From Desulfotalea psychrophila LSv54 (lineage in GTDB: Bacteria > Desulfobacterota > Desulfobulbia > Desulfobulbales > Desulfocapsaceae), in the NCBI RefSeq assembly GCF_000025945.1, contig NC_006138.1, positions 2,670,001-2,702,000 of the forward strand: a DNA stretch of 32,000 bases, written 5' to 3'. Below the pieces are notes generated by a model, which was given only the letters and a program-made list of their open reading frames with translations, was not told the DNA's origin and did not search any database. Positions 19,285-29,767 of the stretch are shown one piece after another; within the stretch, counting starts at the first letter, position 1; each line of letters starts with the position of its first letter. The position numbers and the translations under genes are program-made.

Positions 19285-20070
19285 TCATTTTGGTCCTTCA
19301 ATCCTGATCAGATGTAGCCCCTTGGCCTTGGCCCTGGGGCTCAATTTATCCTCCTGATGTTGCTGCAGGTAGAGGGAAATGTCATCAAGTACGATGCGGC
19401 CCCTGACCAGTTCAAGCAGGGCACCCATGATATAGCGAATCATATACTTAAGAAAGCCATCACCAATAATCTTCAGATAGAACATGTCGTTAGCCAGTGG
19501 TGAAAAATTGGCCCTATGGATATCACAGTAAAAGATCTCTCTAAAGCTTGTGCCACTGCCCCGGCTACTAAAGTTATAAAAATCATGCCGACCAACAAAT
19601 AACCGACAGGCGGATCGCAGGAGGGCCAGATCGTCTGGGCCAATGCTATCGATGGGCAGATGCAGGGCAATATCGGAGGTGGCCACATTATCAACCGGTG
19701 AAGCGATGAAGTAATAGTGGTACTCCTTGCTGACACTACCTCTACTGGCCTGGTACTCTTTTGTTGATGGGACACATTCCAGAATGCGAATATCAGTGGG
19801 AAGTAAAGAATTAAGCCCCAAGAGAAGATGCTCCGGACTAATCTTCTGTGAGATAGTGATCTTTGCTATCTGGCCTCGGGCATGGACACCGCCATCGGTA
19901 CGGCTGGCGCCTGAGACGGTACAGGGTTGATAGTTCGTTATTTTTTTCAGGGCATTGAGAATCGTGCCCTCCACCGTTGGTTTTTCTTCATGCAGGGTAT
20001 CTATGGACTGGGCCTGCCAGCCAAAGTAGTGGGTACCCTTATAGGCAATCTTAACCCGAAAGTAGTTCAT
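19285..20070 (-). CDS. truA: tRNA pseudouridine(38-40) synthase
   Basis: RVKIAYKGTHYFGWQAQ, GASRTDGGVHARGQ and FLKYMIRYIMGALLELVRGRI. Confidence 0.95.
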   Translation of the reverse strand: MNYFRVKIAYKGTHYFGWQAQSIDTLHEEKPTVEGTILNALKKITNYQPCTVSGASRTDGGVHARGQIAKITISQKISPEHLLLGLNSLLPTDIRILECVPSTKEYQASRGSVSKEYHYYFIASPVDNVATSDIALHLPIDSIGPDDLALLRSACRLFVGRHDFYNFSSRGSGTSFREIFYCDIHRANFSPLANDMFYLKIIGDGFLKYMIRYIMGALLELVRGRIVLDDISLYLQQHQEDKLSPRAKAKGLHLIRIEGPK

Positions 20071-20071
20071 A

Positions 20072-20512
20072 TATTCCTAAGGACCTTGTAAGGGGTGTTG
20101 AAAAAGTGATCTTACCCCATTTTTTACCGGTTTTATCAAAGATCGGAGTTTCCAGGCGAATCATCGGCTTAAAAGGCTCTTCAAGCTTAGCCTGCTTGAT
20201 ATTGAGATCAAAAGATGAGATATAGATCTCCCTATTACCCAACTTAAAACAATCCTTAAAACAATATCACTGCTTTTGAAACTGCAGTTCTTCAGCTGTG
20301 GCTCTTACCGGTAAACCCTGGTTTTCATTTACCCGGACTTTTTCCATGCCGCTAATATCGGAAAATCGTATCTGCTCGTATATACGCTTCTGTTTTGAGG
20401 TTGAAATATATTCTATAGCTATTTTGCCAAGCAGTACGTCATAACCGATTAACAAGTATTCACTCAACTCATCCTGCCGACTTAAAAAAAACTGGCATAT
20501 ATTGTGAAACAT
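20072..20512 (-). pseudogene. sensory dCache-like domain remnant with one in-frame TGA
   Basis: ORFs 20267..20512 (YEQIRFSDISGMEKVRVNENQGLPVRATAEELQFQKQ) and 20051..20242 (NREIYISSFDLNIKQAKLEEPFKPMIRLETPIFDKTGKKWG) are in one frame. They join through ELQFQKQ*YCFKDCFKLGNREIYIS. Confidence 0.7.
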
Positions 20513-20694
20513 ATAGTATAACTGTATATTTTTTCTGCTAGTGACAGAATATCATGATGAGGTAACGAGCACTATGAATATATATTTTTACTCAGGGAGT
20601 AAGGATCGATGCAAGACAAACTGCTCTTACCAAACATGCGCCAATAGACACTTATATGCCCTGCAACACTCGCCACCTTCAGCAATCCAACTTC

Positions 20695-20931
20695 TTACAG
20701 AGGGATCTCTTCTTCAGCCAACTCCCCCCCCTCAGGAACGGAGATCTCATTATACTTCACCTGAAAAGCAATCATGACCTCGAACAACTCATTGCCAATA
20801 AAAGCGTGTTCGACCAATGTCGCCTCATCCTCATTATTAGAAAAGAGGTCTTTGAATCTTCGAGAAGTTACCATTATCTCAACCGCTGAACAAAACCCAA
20901 TAGATTTATGAAATGTCGTATGCAAACTCAT
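20695..20931 (-). CDS. small hypothetical ORF
   Basis: 78-aa ORF, no recognised family. Confidence 0.25.
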   Translation of the reverse strand: MSLHTTFHKSIGFCSAVEIMVTSRRFKDLFSNNEDEATLVEHAFIGNELFEVMIAFQVKYNEISVPEGGELAEEEIPL

Positions 20932-21009
20932 CGACCTTTAAACTTCGTAGAATCAAAATAGCCAAGCAACAGATGTTTCCTTAACCCAACCTTCGGCCAG
21001 GGAAAAACC

Positions 21010-22539
21010 ATGACCAAAGAACAACTCTTCGCCTCATTTGTACTTGATCACGAACAGGGACTAGAAATAGCTCTGCGAGCTGAATATGTCACCGAAGCCA
21101 CTCCCATTCAAGGAACAATACAAAAACTTCCTGGATCCATACCTTTTCTAGAAGGAGTAATGCATCTTCGCAATGAAGTCATTCCCGTGCTTAACCTCAA
21201 GAAACGACTTGGTCTGAGTAATTCGCAGTACAGTAATACCGCCAAAGTTGCTGTGGTAACCCTGCGGGAACACCGTTTTGGCCTGCTCTTTGAAGATATC
21301 AAGGAAGTGTTCGGCGTTAGGCCAGAGGCAATCAACCCTATCAGCAAGGTACTGCAAACTGAAGATCAAATCATCTCAGCACTGATAAACGTAGAACCCG
21401 GCAAAAGAGCTATTGAGCTCCTCGACCTCAACCATCTCTTTAAAGGTGACATCGAAGAAAATACTGGTGCTGCACGTGGAGAAAACGGAGCACAACAAGC
21501 AAAACCCATATCATACTCGCGCTTTGTAGCCTTTGAATGTGCAGGCCAGGAATATGGCGTTCCGGTTGATCTTGCGCGAGAAATCACTTTTTGCGCCAAG
21601 ATCGATGAACTCTTTAAAACCGGAATGACCGCAGGTGTCATAGAGCTCCGCGGCAGGACTATTCCCATCTTAAACACCCTGGCGTTACTTACAGATGACA
21701 ATGATGCACAATATGAAATCACCGAGCATACTAGAGTGTTGGTCTTGGCCTGCGAAGATTGCACGGTAGGGTTCATTGTCGATGAAATCAAAGAAATTCT
21801 CTCTATTCCAGACGAGGACATCCTACCATTCACAGCAGGTGAAAATAGCAATATAACCGGCTTATATCCACGCGTTGGCAATAACAATACTATCTTGCTC
21901 AATATGCAAAATCTTGTTTGCGATCAAATTGATAACATCAAAGCAATGGCTAGAATTGGTGAGCACGACAAAAAAGCTGCCGAGGAAAAACAATCAACAA
22001 CTAACACAACATCACACCACCTTATTACCGAAAACGGCTATTTGGTTTTTTCCATAGGAAAGAATTTTGCGCTAGAGATCAAAGATGTGAAAGAAATTAT
22101 CGAAAATAACACCATGATGAAAATCCCCAAAGCAATGGGACACATGAGGGGAATGATCAACCTTCGTGGGGAGGTTGTTCCGGTAGTGGACCTTCGAAGG
22201 TTCTACAACTATGAGCCGAGAAGAGATGACGCAATGGGAAAGCTTATTATTTGCAATGGCCATGGGCAAACAGTAGCTCTAGAAGTAGACCAAATTGTTA
22301 CCATATATAAGAAGGAACAGTTCCACACAACACCTTCTCTTGGCAATCAACTGAGAGACAAAAAAGATACACTTGATCGCCTTATTGAATACCTTAACCC
22401 TGATGGCATCAATGAACATGTCCTTGTGGTAAACACACACAACCTTATTCGCAACCATTTACAAATGAACAGTGAACAAACAGCTGACACAGAAAATTTG
22501 GCTACAAAGAATAACACTAACTCAATAAATGAGGGGTAA
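21010..22539 (+). CDS. chemotaxis coupling protein with three tandem CheW domains
   Basis: Three blocks of the type [39 protein letters not shown] and [21 protein letters not shown]. Confidence 0.92.
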   Translation: MTKEQLFASFVLDHEQGLEIALRAEYVTEATPIQGTIQKLPGSIPFLEGVMHLRNEVIPVLNLKKRLGLSNSQYSNTAKVAVVTLREHRFGLLFEDIKEVFGVRPEAINPISKVLQTEDQIISALINVEPGKRAIELLDLNHLFKGDIEENTGAARGENGAQQAKPISYSRFVAFECAGQEYGVPVDLAREITFCAKIDELFKTGMTAGVIELRGRTIPILNTLALLTDDNDAQYEITEHTRVLVLACEDCTVGFIVDEIKEILSIPDEDILPFTAGENSNITGLYPRVGNNNTILLNMQNLVCDQIDNIKAMARIGEHDKKAAEEKQSTTNTTSHHLITENGYLVFSIGKNFALEIKDVKEIIENNTMMKIPKAMGHMRGMINLRGEVVPVVDLRRFYNYEPRRDDAMGKLIICNGHGQTVALEVDQIVTIYKKEQFHTTPSLGNQLRDKKDTLDRLIEYLNPDGINEHVLVVNTHNLIRNHLQMNSEQTADTENLATKNNTNSINEG

Positions 22540-22543
22540 GAAC

Positions 22544-25500
22544 ATGGAAATGAAGAAAGGAACAACAACCGACGAGATGGGCTCTTCCTGCCTAAACCTC
22601 ATGATGCACCCAAGTTTTATTGTTAACGATGGTCGTATGATCACTTGGGCAAACGAGGCGTTTCTCAAAACATTCGACTTAAAATCCGCTGACGTGATCA
22701 ATAAAATGAGTTGCGAAGAAGCCTGTACGACACATCTCTGCGGCACAAAAGATTGCCCTGTCAATAAATCTGCTCGTATAAACAAACCTGTTAAAGCAGA
22801 TATAATACACAACAAAAATAATAAAATTAGTCACTTCACATCTCAAGCACGTCCCGTAAACGGTAAAGATGGTGGGACATTTGTCTCAATGACAGATATC
22901 TCTGAGCTCAAACAGGCAAAAGCTGATCTCTATCAAATGCAAACAGATCTCAATGTCATTCCAACTCCTATTATGGAAATTGATAAGAGTTATAACGTTA
23001 CCTTTATGAACCCCGCTGGAGCGGGAGTTGTAGGCTCAACACCAAACGAAGTAATCGGGAAAAAATGTTACGATCTTTTCAAAACGCCTCATTGTAAGAC
23101 CAACAAATGTGCCTGCTCTCGTGCCATGCAAACAGATTCTGTAATCACCGATCACACCATCGCGCGCCCTGCTGACGGTGTCATCATCCCTATTAAGTAC
23201 ACCGGCGCACCGATCAAAGACGCTAAAGGAAATATAAAAGGTGCCCTGGAATATATTCTCGATATGACCGAGGAGACAAAGCAAAAGCACGCCGCCAATG
23301 AAAAAATTGAAAACCTCAATACTATCCCAACACCAATCATGGCGATCGACACCGACTACACCGTAACCTTTATGAATCCTGCTAGTGCTGCAGTGGTCGG
23401 CTCAACACCTGACGAAGTCATTGGCAAAAAATGCTACGACCTCTTTAAGACGCCACATTGTCGAACTGATAAGTGTGCCTGCCTTAGGGCAATGAAAACC
23501 GATTCTGTTATCACGGACCATACCATAGCCCGGCCCCAAGATGGGGTGATCATCCCTATTAAATACACTGGTGCTCCCATCAAGGATGCCAAGGGAAATA
23601 TCAAGGGTGCTCTGGAATACATTCTTGATATGACAGAGGAAAAAAAGCAAACGCAGGCGGCAAACGAAAAAATTGAAAATCTCAATACTATCCCAACACC
23701 GATCATGTCAATAGACACTGAGTATGGTGTTACTTTTATGAATCCTGCGGCCGCCGCAGTGGTCGGCTCAACACCTGACGAAGTCATTGGCAAAAAATGC
23801 TACGACCTCTTTAAGACGCCACATTGTCGAACTGATAAATGTGCCTGCCTAAGAGCGATGAAAACCGATTCTATCATCACAGACAATACCATAGCCCGGC
23901 CCCAAGATGGTATTATCATCCCTATTAAATACACTGGTGCTCCCATCAAGGATGCCAAGGGAAATATCAAGGGTGCTCTGGAATACATTCTTGACGTGAC
24001 TGAAGAGAACAAACAAAAACAAGCCGCCGATGAGAAAATTGAGAATCTCAACACGATACCAACGCCAATACTCTCCATTGACACTGATTATAATATTACC
24101 TTTATGAATCCAGCGGGAGCCGCAGTGGTTGGTTCCACACCAGACGAAGTTGTTGGTAAGAAATGCTATGACCTGTTTAAAACAGGCCATTGCAGAACTG
24201 ACAAATGTGCCTGCCTAAGAGCGATGAAAACCGATTCTATCATCACAGACAATACCATAGCCCGGCCCCAAGATGGTATTATCATCCCTATTAAATACAC
24301 TGGTGCTCCCATCAAGGATGCCAAGGGAAATATCAAGGGTGCTCTGGAATACATTCTTGACGTGACTGAAGAGAACAAACAAAAACAAGCCGCCGATGAG
24401 AAAATTGAGAATCTCAACACGATACCAACGCCAATACTCTCCATTGACACTGATTATAATATTACCTTTATGAATCCAGCGGGAGCCGCAGTGGTTGGTT
24501 CCACACCAGACGAAGTTGTTGGTAAGAAATGCTATGACCTGTTTAAAACAGGCCATTGCAGAACTGACAAATGTGCCTGTACCCAGGCGATGAAAACAGA
24601 CTCTGTAGTGGACGATCGCACCACAGCCTCTCCAAATGGGCAAGAAATGTCGATCAAATACACTGGTTCTCCCATTAAAGATGCAAAGGGAAATATCAAG
24701 GGTGCTCTGGAATACATAACTGATGTCACCGCCGAGAAAAAAGTAGAACAATTAATTGCCAATGCGGTAACGGAAGTAGATTCGTTGGTCAGTTCATCAA
24801 AACAGCATATGGATGAGGCCAACACCCATGTTGATGAGATGACAGTAATTATCGATGATGCTGTTCAACAACTTGATGAATCAATGACCACAGTCCACAC
24901 AATGCTTGAGAGTTCCAAAGAGATGCTCCAACTGTCCTCCGAATCAAACACCCTTGCGGCTGATCTTGCAAAGGAAGCTGAAACTGGCAAGATTGCAGGG
25001 CGGGATGCAGGGCAAAAACTTGCCGACATCAACGCTACCATGGAGAAAAACAACGAAATGGTAGGTGGACTCGTCAATGAACTTGAGAAAATTTCAAGTT
25101 TTGTAGATATTATCAAAGAGATTGCCTCTCAAACAAATCTTCTCGCCTTCAATGCGGCCATTGAAGCTGCCCGCGCAGGTGATGCAGGACGTGGCTTTGC
25201 TGTTGTCGCCGACGAAGTACGAAAACTTGCAGAGAACAGCTCTAAATCAGCTATTGATATCTCAACTATTGTCAAGAAGGTGGAAAAAGATTCCCACCAA
25301 ACCATCAACGCGATGCAAGAGGGGATGAAGATGTTAGGAGATGGTGGCCGTGTAATCAACACTGCATTAGAATCCATGGAAAATATATCTAAAGGTATTG
25401 TCACTATCTCCGCCTCAGTTGACAAGGTAAGCAACAAAGCAGAAAGTCTCAGCGATAACGGCAGTGCAGTTATGGCAAAAATTGAGACAGTGGCTACCTC

Positions 25501-25621
25501 GTCTAAAAAGAACCAAGAATCCACAGTAATCGTAAACGAGTCTCTTTCTGGCACCATGGCTGCTCTCACCCAGCTCACCGCTTCCAGTCAAGAACTCCAA
25601 AAAGCTGTAAACAACCTTTAA
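22544..25621 (+). CDS. soluble methyl-accepting chemotaxis protein with an N-terminal PAS-like domain plus five tandem PAS repeats
   Basis: [38 protein letters not shown] signalling hairpin. Five repeats of the type [44 protein letters not shown]. No TM helix seen. The ATG at 22544 is more likely than the upstream start at 22529. Confidence 0.93.
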   Translation: MEMKKGTTTDEMGSSCLNLMMHPSFIVNDGRMITWANEAFLKTFDLKSADVINKMSCEEACTTHLCGTKDCPVNKSARINKPVKADIIHNKNNKISHFTSQARPVNGKDGGTFVSMTDISELKQAKADLYQMQTDLNVIPTPIMEIDKSYNVTFMNPAGAGVVGSTPNEVIGKKCYDLFKTPHCKTNKCACSRAMQTDSVITDHTIARPADGVIIPIKYTGAPIKDAKGNIKGALEYILDMTEETKQKHAANEKIENLNTIPTPIMAIDTDYTVTFMNPASAAVVGSTPDEVIGKKCYDLFKTPHCRTDKCACLRAMKTDSVITDHTIARPQDGVIIPIKYTGAPIKDAKGNIKGALEYILDMTEEKKQTQAANEKIENLNTIPTPIMSIDTEYGVTFMNPAAAAVVGSTPDEVIGKKCYDLFKTPHCRTDKCACLRAMKTDSIITDNTIARPQDGIIIPIKYTGAPIKDAKGNIKGALEYILDVTEENKQKQAADEKIENLNTIPTPILSIDTDYNITFMNPAGAAVVGSTPDEVVGKKCYDLFKTGHCRTDKCACLRAMKTDSIITDNTIARPQDGIIIPIKYTGAPIKDAKGNIKGALEYILDVTEENKQKQAADEKIENLNTIPTPILSIDTDYNITFMNPAGAAVVGSTPDEVVGKKCYDLFKTGHCRTDKCACTQAMKTDSVVDDRTTASPNGQEMSIKYTGSPIKDAKGNIKGALEYITDVTAEKKVEQLIANAVTEVDSLVSSSKQHMDEANTHVDEMTVIIDDAVQQLDESMTTVHTMLESSKEMLQLSSESNTLAADLAKEAETGKIAGRDAGQKLADINATMEKNNEMVGGLVNELEKISSFVDIIKEIASQTNLLAFNAAIEAARAGDAGRGFAVVADEVRKLAENSSKSAIDISTIVKKVEKDSHQTINAMQEGMKMLGDGGRVINTALESMENISKGIVTISASVDKVSNKAESLSDNGSAVMAKIETVATSSKKNQESTVIVNESLSGTMAALTQLTASSQELQKAVNNL
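22949..24778 (+). repeat. five in-frame 366-bp tandem repeats encoding PAS domains
   Basis: The LNxIPTP codons start at 22949, 23315, 23681, 24047 and 24413, an exact 366-bp period. 23837-24213 appears identical to 24203-24579. Confidence 0.95.
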
Positions 25622-25675
25622 TCTTAGAATGATCCCAGGGGAGACCAAATCGCCTGGGATCATCTTTGGAACGCT

Positions 25676-26239
25676 ATGACTATTTTTGGAGATGTTATAT
25701 ATACACCGAGGTTATGTCTTCGAAAGATTACCGAAGATGACATCAAACTCCTAGCCTCTTGGAGTAAGAGCACAACTGCACATGGCCCTTACCTCTCAGT
25801 TGAAAACCTCACAGAAGAGAGCTTGAGGAATAAGTTCGAAAACGGAGGACTCTGGTCGGAGACTAACAGAACTTTTTTGGTGGAACTTCGTGAAGGTACG
25901 CCCTTAGGAATTATCCACTACTGGGTCCGTCCCGAGAGTAAAGAAAGCGCCGTCATCAAAATCAAACTCTCAGACCCCAAACAAAGAGGCATGGGATATG
26001 GCACAGAAGCTCAAAAATATTTAATCAGCAACCTGTTTCAACGAATGAAAATGAGCGAAGTGCGAATGTACACAGACATCAACAATAAAGCGCAACAACG
26101 ATGCCTCAACAAGCTTGGGTTTGAACTATCAGAGTCTCTCACCTACGATGACCAACAGGTTACTCGACTTGGACATCTCTACAAACTACACTCTGCACAG
26201 TTTCAACTTTGTCACATATATCAATACCATTATGAATAA
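25676..26239 (+). CDS. GNAT-family N-acetyltransferase (RimJ/RimL-like)
   Basis: TPRLCLRKITEDDIKLLASW, KQRGMGYGTEAQKYLI and INNKAQQRCLNKLGFE. Confidence 0.85.
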   Translation: MTIFGDVIYTPRLCLRKITEDDIKLLASWSKSTTAHGPYLSVENLTEESLRNKFENGGLWSETNRTFLVELREGTPLGIIHYWVRPESKESAVIKIKLSDPKQRGMGYGTEAQKYLISNLFQRMKMSEVRMYTDINNKAQQRCLNKLGFELSESLTYDDQQVTRLGHLYKLHSAQFQLCHIYQYHYE

Positions 26240-27257
26240 ACTAGGCATCATCCTTGATGATCGCTATTTTGATCATCAAATAGAAGCAGCATCACACGAG
26301 AGCCCAAATCGTCTGCGTGAACTGTTCCCTGCTGTGCGTAAAAGATATAACGGTGATCTTCGCATAATCACGCCACACGAAGCTAATACTGAGACAATTG
26401 AAAAAGTGCATTCGAATTTTTACCTCAGCCAAATCAGAGAGCATGCCCTAAAAAGCAATCCCTTTTCTTATGATCAAGATACCTACCTGATGCAACAGTC
26501 CCTTGCAACAGCCCAACTTGCAGCAGGAGGATGCCTGGAAATCGCTGACCAGATAATGAACGGTGAAATAGACCATGGATTTGCTCTGATTCGCCCACCA
26601 GGACACCATGCAGAACCTGGACGCGGTATGGGGTTTTGTATTTTGAATAATATTGCTATCACCGCAAAATATTTACAAACTCATTACAACCTGAGCAGAA
26701 TACTTATTATCGATTTTGATGTACACCACGGTAACGGCACCCAAGAAGTATTCTACGATACCAACCAGGTACTTTTTGTTTCAATCCACCAAAAGAACCT
26801 CTTTCCCTTTAGTGGTGCGCCAGAAGAAATTGGCAACGAGCAAGGGCGCGGTTACAATATCAATATTCCTGTTCATAGCCAATTTGGTGATGCAGAATAC
26901 ACCTACCTACTCGGCAAGACCTTACAAGGATTAGCAGTACAGTTCATGCCCCAAATTATCCTTGTTTCGGCAGGTTATGATGGCCATGTCGAGGAATCAA
27001 TAAGTGCCACAACCCTCAGTACCCAATGGTATCATACCGCCACAACCATGCTCAAACAGGCGGCAAAAGATATCTGTGATAGCCGACTTCTTTTTGTTTT
27101 AGAGGGAGGCTACAACCCAATATCACTAGAAAAATCTGTCCTAAAAACAATTGATAGCATGCTCGAACCCGAGACAAAACGGGTCGGAGTGTTGCACTCT
27201 GCACGGGCCGCACAATTACTAATCAACCATCCTCTTCACGATTTTTGGACGCTATAA
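26232..27257 (+). CDS. histone deacetylase-family (arginase/deacetylase fold) protein
   Basis: RPPGHHAEPGRGMGFCILNN, IIDFDVHHGNGTQ, VSAGYDGH and LEGGYN. Start set at MNKLGIILDD; the track start 26115 overlaps the GNAT gene. Confidence 0.92.
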   Translation: MNKLGIILDDRYFDHQIEAASHESPNRLRELFPAVRKRYNGDLRIITPHEANTETIEKVHSNFYLSQIREHALKSNPFSYDQDTYLMQQSLATAQLAAGGCLEIADQIMNGEIDHGFALIRPPGHHAEPGRGMGFCILNNIAITAKYLQTHYNLSRILIIDFDVHHGNGTQEVFYDTNQVLFVSIHQKNLFPFSGAPEEIGNEQGRGYNINIPVHSQFGDAEYTYLLGKTLQGLAVQFMPQIILVSAGYDGHVEESISATTLSTQWYHTATTMLKQAAKDICDSRLLFVLEGGYNPISLEKSVLKTIDSMLEPETKRVGVLHSARAAQLLINHPLHDFWTL

Positions 27258-27269
27258 AGGACTGGGACA

Positions 27270-27710
27270 ATGACAAAAAACATATCTCTTGATGCAAGCA
27301 AATTGAACTCTATCTTTCACGAGTGCAACCAATGCGGCACCTGCTGTAAACAATATAGAAAAATCACCCTACACCATGATGAGGTTGAACAGATAAAAAA
27401 GCTTGGCGGTTATGTGGGTGTTGATATCAGCATAAAAGAGATTCGCGAAAAAGGACTCCAGCAGGCAAGGGAAGATGCTGAAAAAAGAGGGAAAGTATTT
27501 ATGATCCATCCCGATGATAAGGGATGCATATTTCTCGAAAAACGAAATGACAAATATGTCTGCAAGATTTATCACTACCGTCCAAGAACATGTAGAGGCT
27601 TTAAGTGTAATATGGCAGATGATAGTTTTCTTTCTCTCTTTGGTCGTAACGCTATCCACCTTCTCGGGCAGACAACATATGGCCTCCCCTTAAAAGAGGA
27701 TGTGTCATAG
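27270..27710 (+). CDS. YkgJ-family cysteine cluster protein
   Basis: CNQCGTCCKQYRKITL, GCIFLEKRNDKYVCKIYHYRPRTCRGFKC. Confidence 0.85.
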   Translation: MTKNISLDASKLNSIFHECNQCGTCCKQYRKITLHHDEVEQIKKLGGYVGVDISIKEIREKGLQQAREDAEKRGKVFMIHPDDKGCIFLEKRNDKYVCKIYHYRPRTCRGFKCNMADDSFLSLFGRNAIHLLGQTTYGLPLKEDVS

Positions 27711-28139
27711 AAAAAATACCATCCCCTCTTCCCGCAAGAGAGCGCTAGCTATTGCATAAAAGTATTCGAGACCAACTCCCCCCAAACCATCTGCCTAACT
27801 GAGCACGACTTAATTTTTTCATCCCAAAGATAATTCTTCCGGGCCAACATCAGACATTGTCCTATCACATTGACAAGAGGTTCCTATACCTATGTTTCAA
27901 GAAAGTTTGCGGCAAGGATACTCCCAAAAATAGTGTTGAAAAGTATCCGAATTTGGCCAAGAAACAATCAGTTCCTATCCGCATTACGGACCATCTTTTT
28001 ATCCTCAAACGATTTTTCGATACTTTCAATCTGCTTGTGTGTGGTTAACCTTTTGAGCTTTTGTCGTCAAATAAGTTCTGGGTAGTTTTCAGATTGATTT
28101 TTCAAACAATTGTACGATAAAATGTCTATTTCTTAACTC

Positions 28140-28690
28140 ACTATATTGTCATATTTACCCAACCATAGCAAAGAGTACGTAGCTTTTTCCTGGTTCCAGC
28201 CATTTCGATAAGTAGGCTTGCAATCATCGCAAAAGTGCTTCTGGCTGTTAATACTTGTTGACGCAAACAGGTGTATTATCCAATGCCTTCACGGTTTTTC
28301 AGTAAGTTAAATGACCTTTCTATATTTTTGCGCCTATCTATGGCTTTTTGGGCCAAGTTACTGTTGATAGGTACCGCTGAACGTACCCTTCTTCAGTTAG
28401 CCCCAAACGAATCATTGGAATTTCGCACAGATCATCGCACATTACGGACAGTGTTTCTGGCTCTACATCGTCCGACAGAACTGTTGATTTAGAAACAGGA
28501 GTAATCAAGTGCACTCCTGTTTCTGCCAAGATTGATCCATCTTTATCGTTATAGGCTTGGTTGCCTATTATAAGTTTCATCTCAATGACCACTGCCTGGG
28601 CACATTCAATAAGAGGTCTAAGGAACAGGCTATCATGATGATTAGCTAGGGCAAGTAATGAAATAAGAGGAAAACTATGACCTGTTGTGG
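28140..28690 (-). pseudogene. DDE transposase remnant with frameshifts and stops
   Basis: The minus strand reads LANHHDSLFLRPLIECAQAVVIEMKLIIGNQAYNDKDGSILAETGVHLITP. In other frames it reads IERSFNLLKNREGIG and RQQVLTARSTFAMIASLLIEMAGTRKK, as expected for a transposase C-terminus. Confidence 0.6.
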
Positions 28691-28762
28691 GTTTATGACT
28701 GTCAAGGTATGAGGCCGATGCAGGGATAAGTCTATCCCAACATCGGCCTCTGCAACCGCACT

Positions 28763-29614
28763 TTATCTGTTGGCAGGCCAGGAGGCCAGAGGCAGATTCT
28801 CGGACAGAGCTGCGGCTTCGCCCTTACAGTCAACTGTCAAGGGAAGCGCCTTGGCGCGAAGGGCCTGCACCTCAGCCTTGGCGGCCTCTATCTCAGCCAG
28901 AAAGGCCGGATCGGAGTGTAATTTAGCAACCGCCGCAGCCCCCATGACTTGCCCCATCAGCACATCGCTCTGCCAGTGAACATTACAGATTATTCGGCTC
29001 TGGCCAAAGGCCCAGCCACGGGCAAGAATGGCATCAGTCTGCTCAGGTGCAACCTCAACAAGAATCAGGGCCCAGGCCCAGCCTATGGCCGTATGACCAG
29101 AGGGGAAGGAGCCGGACTTCTTCATGTGCGCCTCCTTCGTCGGAGTACAGGTAGGCTCGCCATTAAGGACAAAGGGCCGGGTTCGTCTGTAGTGATTCTT
29201 GGCCTTGGTGGTAGAGAGTATCGCATCGGCAATGGTTCGGCGCAGGAGCATATAGAGATGGGGTGTCTCCGCCTCACTGATGGGAAGGCCCAGGGCACAG
29301 GAGAAGGTCTCCGCCGCCTGGGGAAATTTCAACCTGGCATCTCTCTTGGCCAGATTCCACCGGGCTGTGCCCTGCAGGGCGTGGCTCTGCCTGTTCACCT
29401 CTCTATCAAGGGCAAAGGCGGTTGACCCTTCAGCGGGAGGGGGAGGAATAAGGGTTAAACTATTTGGCAGCATATCAACCGGCAGGTAGCCCTGCAAAAA
29501 ACCGGGGCGGATCTCCGGCACCGCTTGCAGAGCATTCTGTTCTTTCACTCCTGCACATCCTGCCAGCAGGGCCACACAGACTAAGACAAGACCAATTTTT
29601 ATTTTCCCCATCAT
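28763..29614 (-). CDS. PAP2-family (class A acid phosphatase-like) lipoprotein, paralogue of 18093..18935
   Basis: LLAGCAG lipobox, KNHYRRTRP, PSGHT and SRIICNVHWQSD. Strong similarity to the other copy over its full length. Confidence 0.9.
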   Translation of the reverse strand: MMGKIKIGLVLVCVALLAGCAGVKEQNALQAVPEIRPGFLQGYLPVDMLPNSLTLIPPPPAEGSTAFALDREVNRQSHALQGTARWNLAKRDARLKFPQAAETFSCALGLPISEAETPHLYMLLRRTIADAILSTTKAKNHYRRTRPFVLNGEPTCTPTKEAHMKKSGSFPSGHTAIGWAWALILVEVAPEQTDAILARGWAFGQSRIICNVHWQSDVLMGQVMGAAAVAKLHSDPAFLAEIEAAKAEVQALRAKALPLTVDCKGEAAALSENLPLASWPANR

Positions 29615-29742
29615 CTCTTTTCCTTATCGCCCTGTGGGCAGAACTCTGTTTATGGATAAAAACCACTACTTTGATCTTTAACATATCAAGTTGCAAGTTG
29701 TCAGCTATCAATGCCAGCTGGCAGTTATTAGCTATCAGCTGA

Positions 29743-29767
29743 CTGCAACTGCAACTGCAACTGCAAC
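29743..29767. repeat. hexanucleotide microsatellite (CTGCAA)4
   Basis: ctgcaactgcaactgcaactgcaac. Confidence 0.9.

Noticed and set aside
23036-24825. Antisense ORFs repeated across the MCP gene (e.g. 23800..24084 and 24166..24450)
   Set aside because: Mirror frames of the 366-bp tandem PAS repeat. The plus strand has a strong full-length coding signal.
26115-26231. Upstream 39-codon extension of the HDAC-like ORF
   Set aside because: It lies inside the GNAT gene, and the conserved protein begins at MNKLGIILDD (26232).
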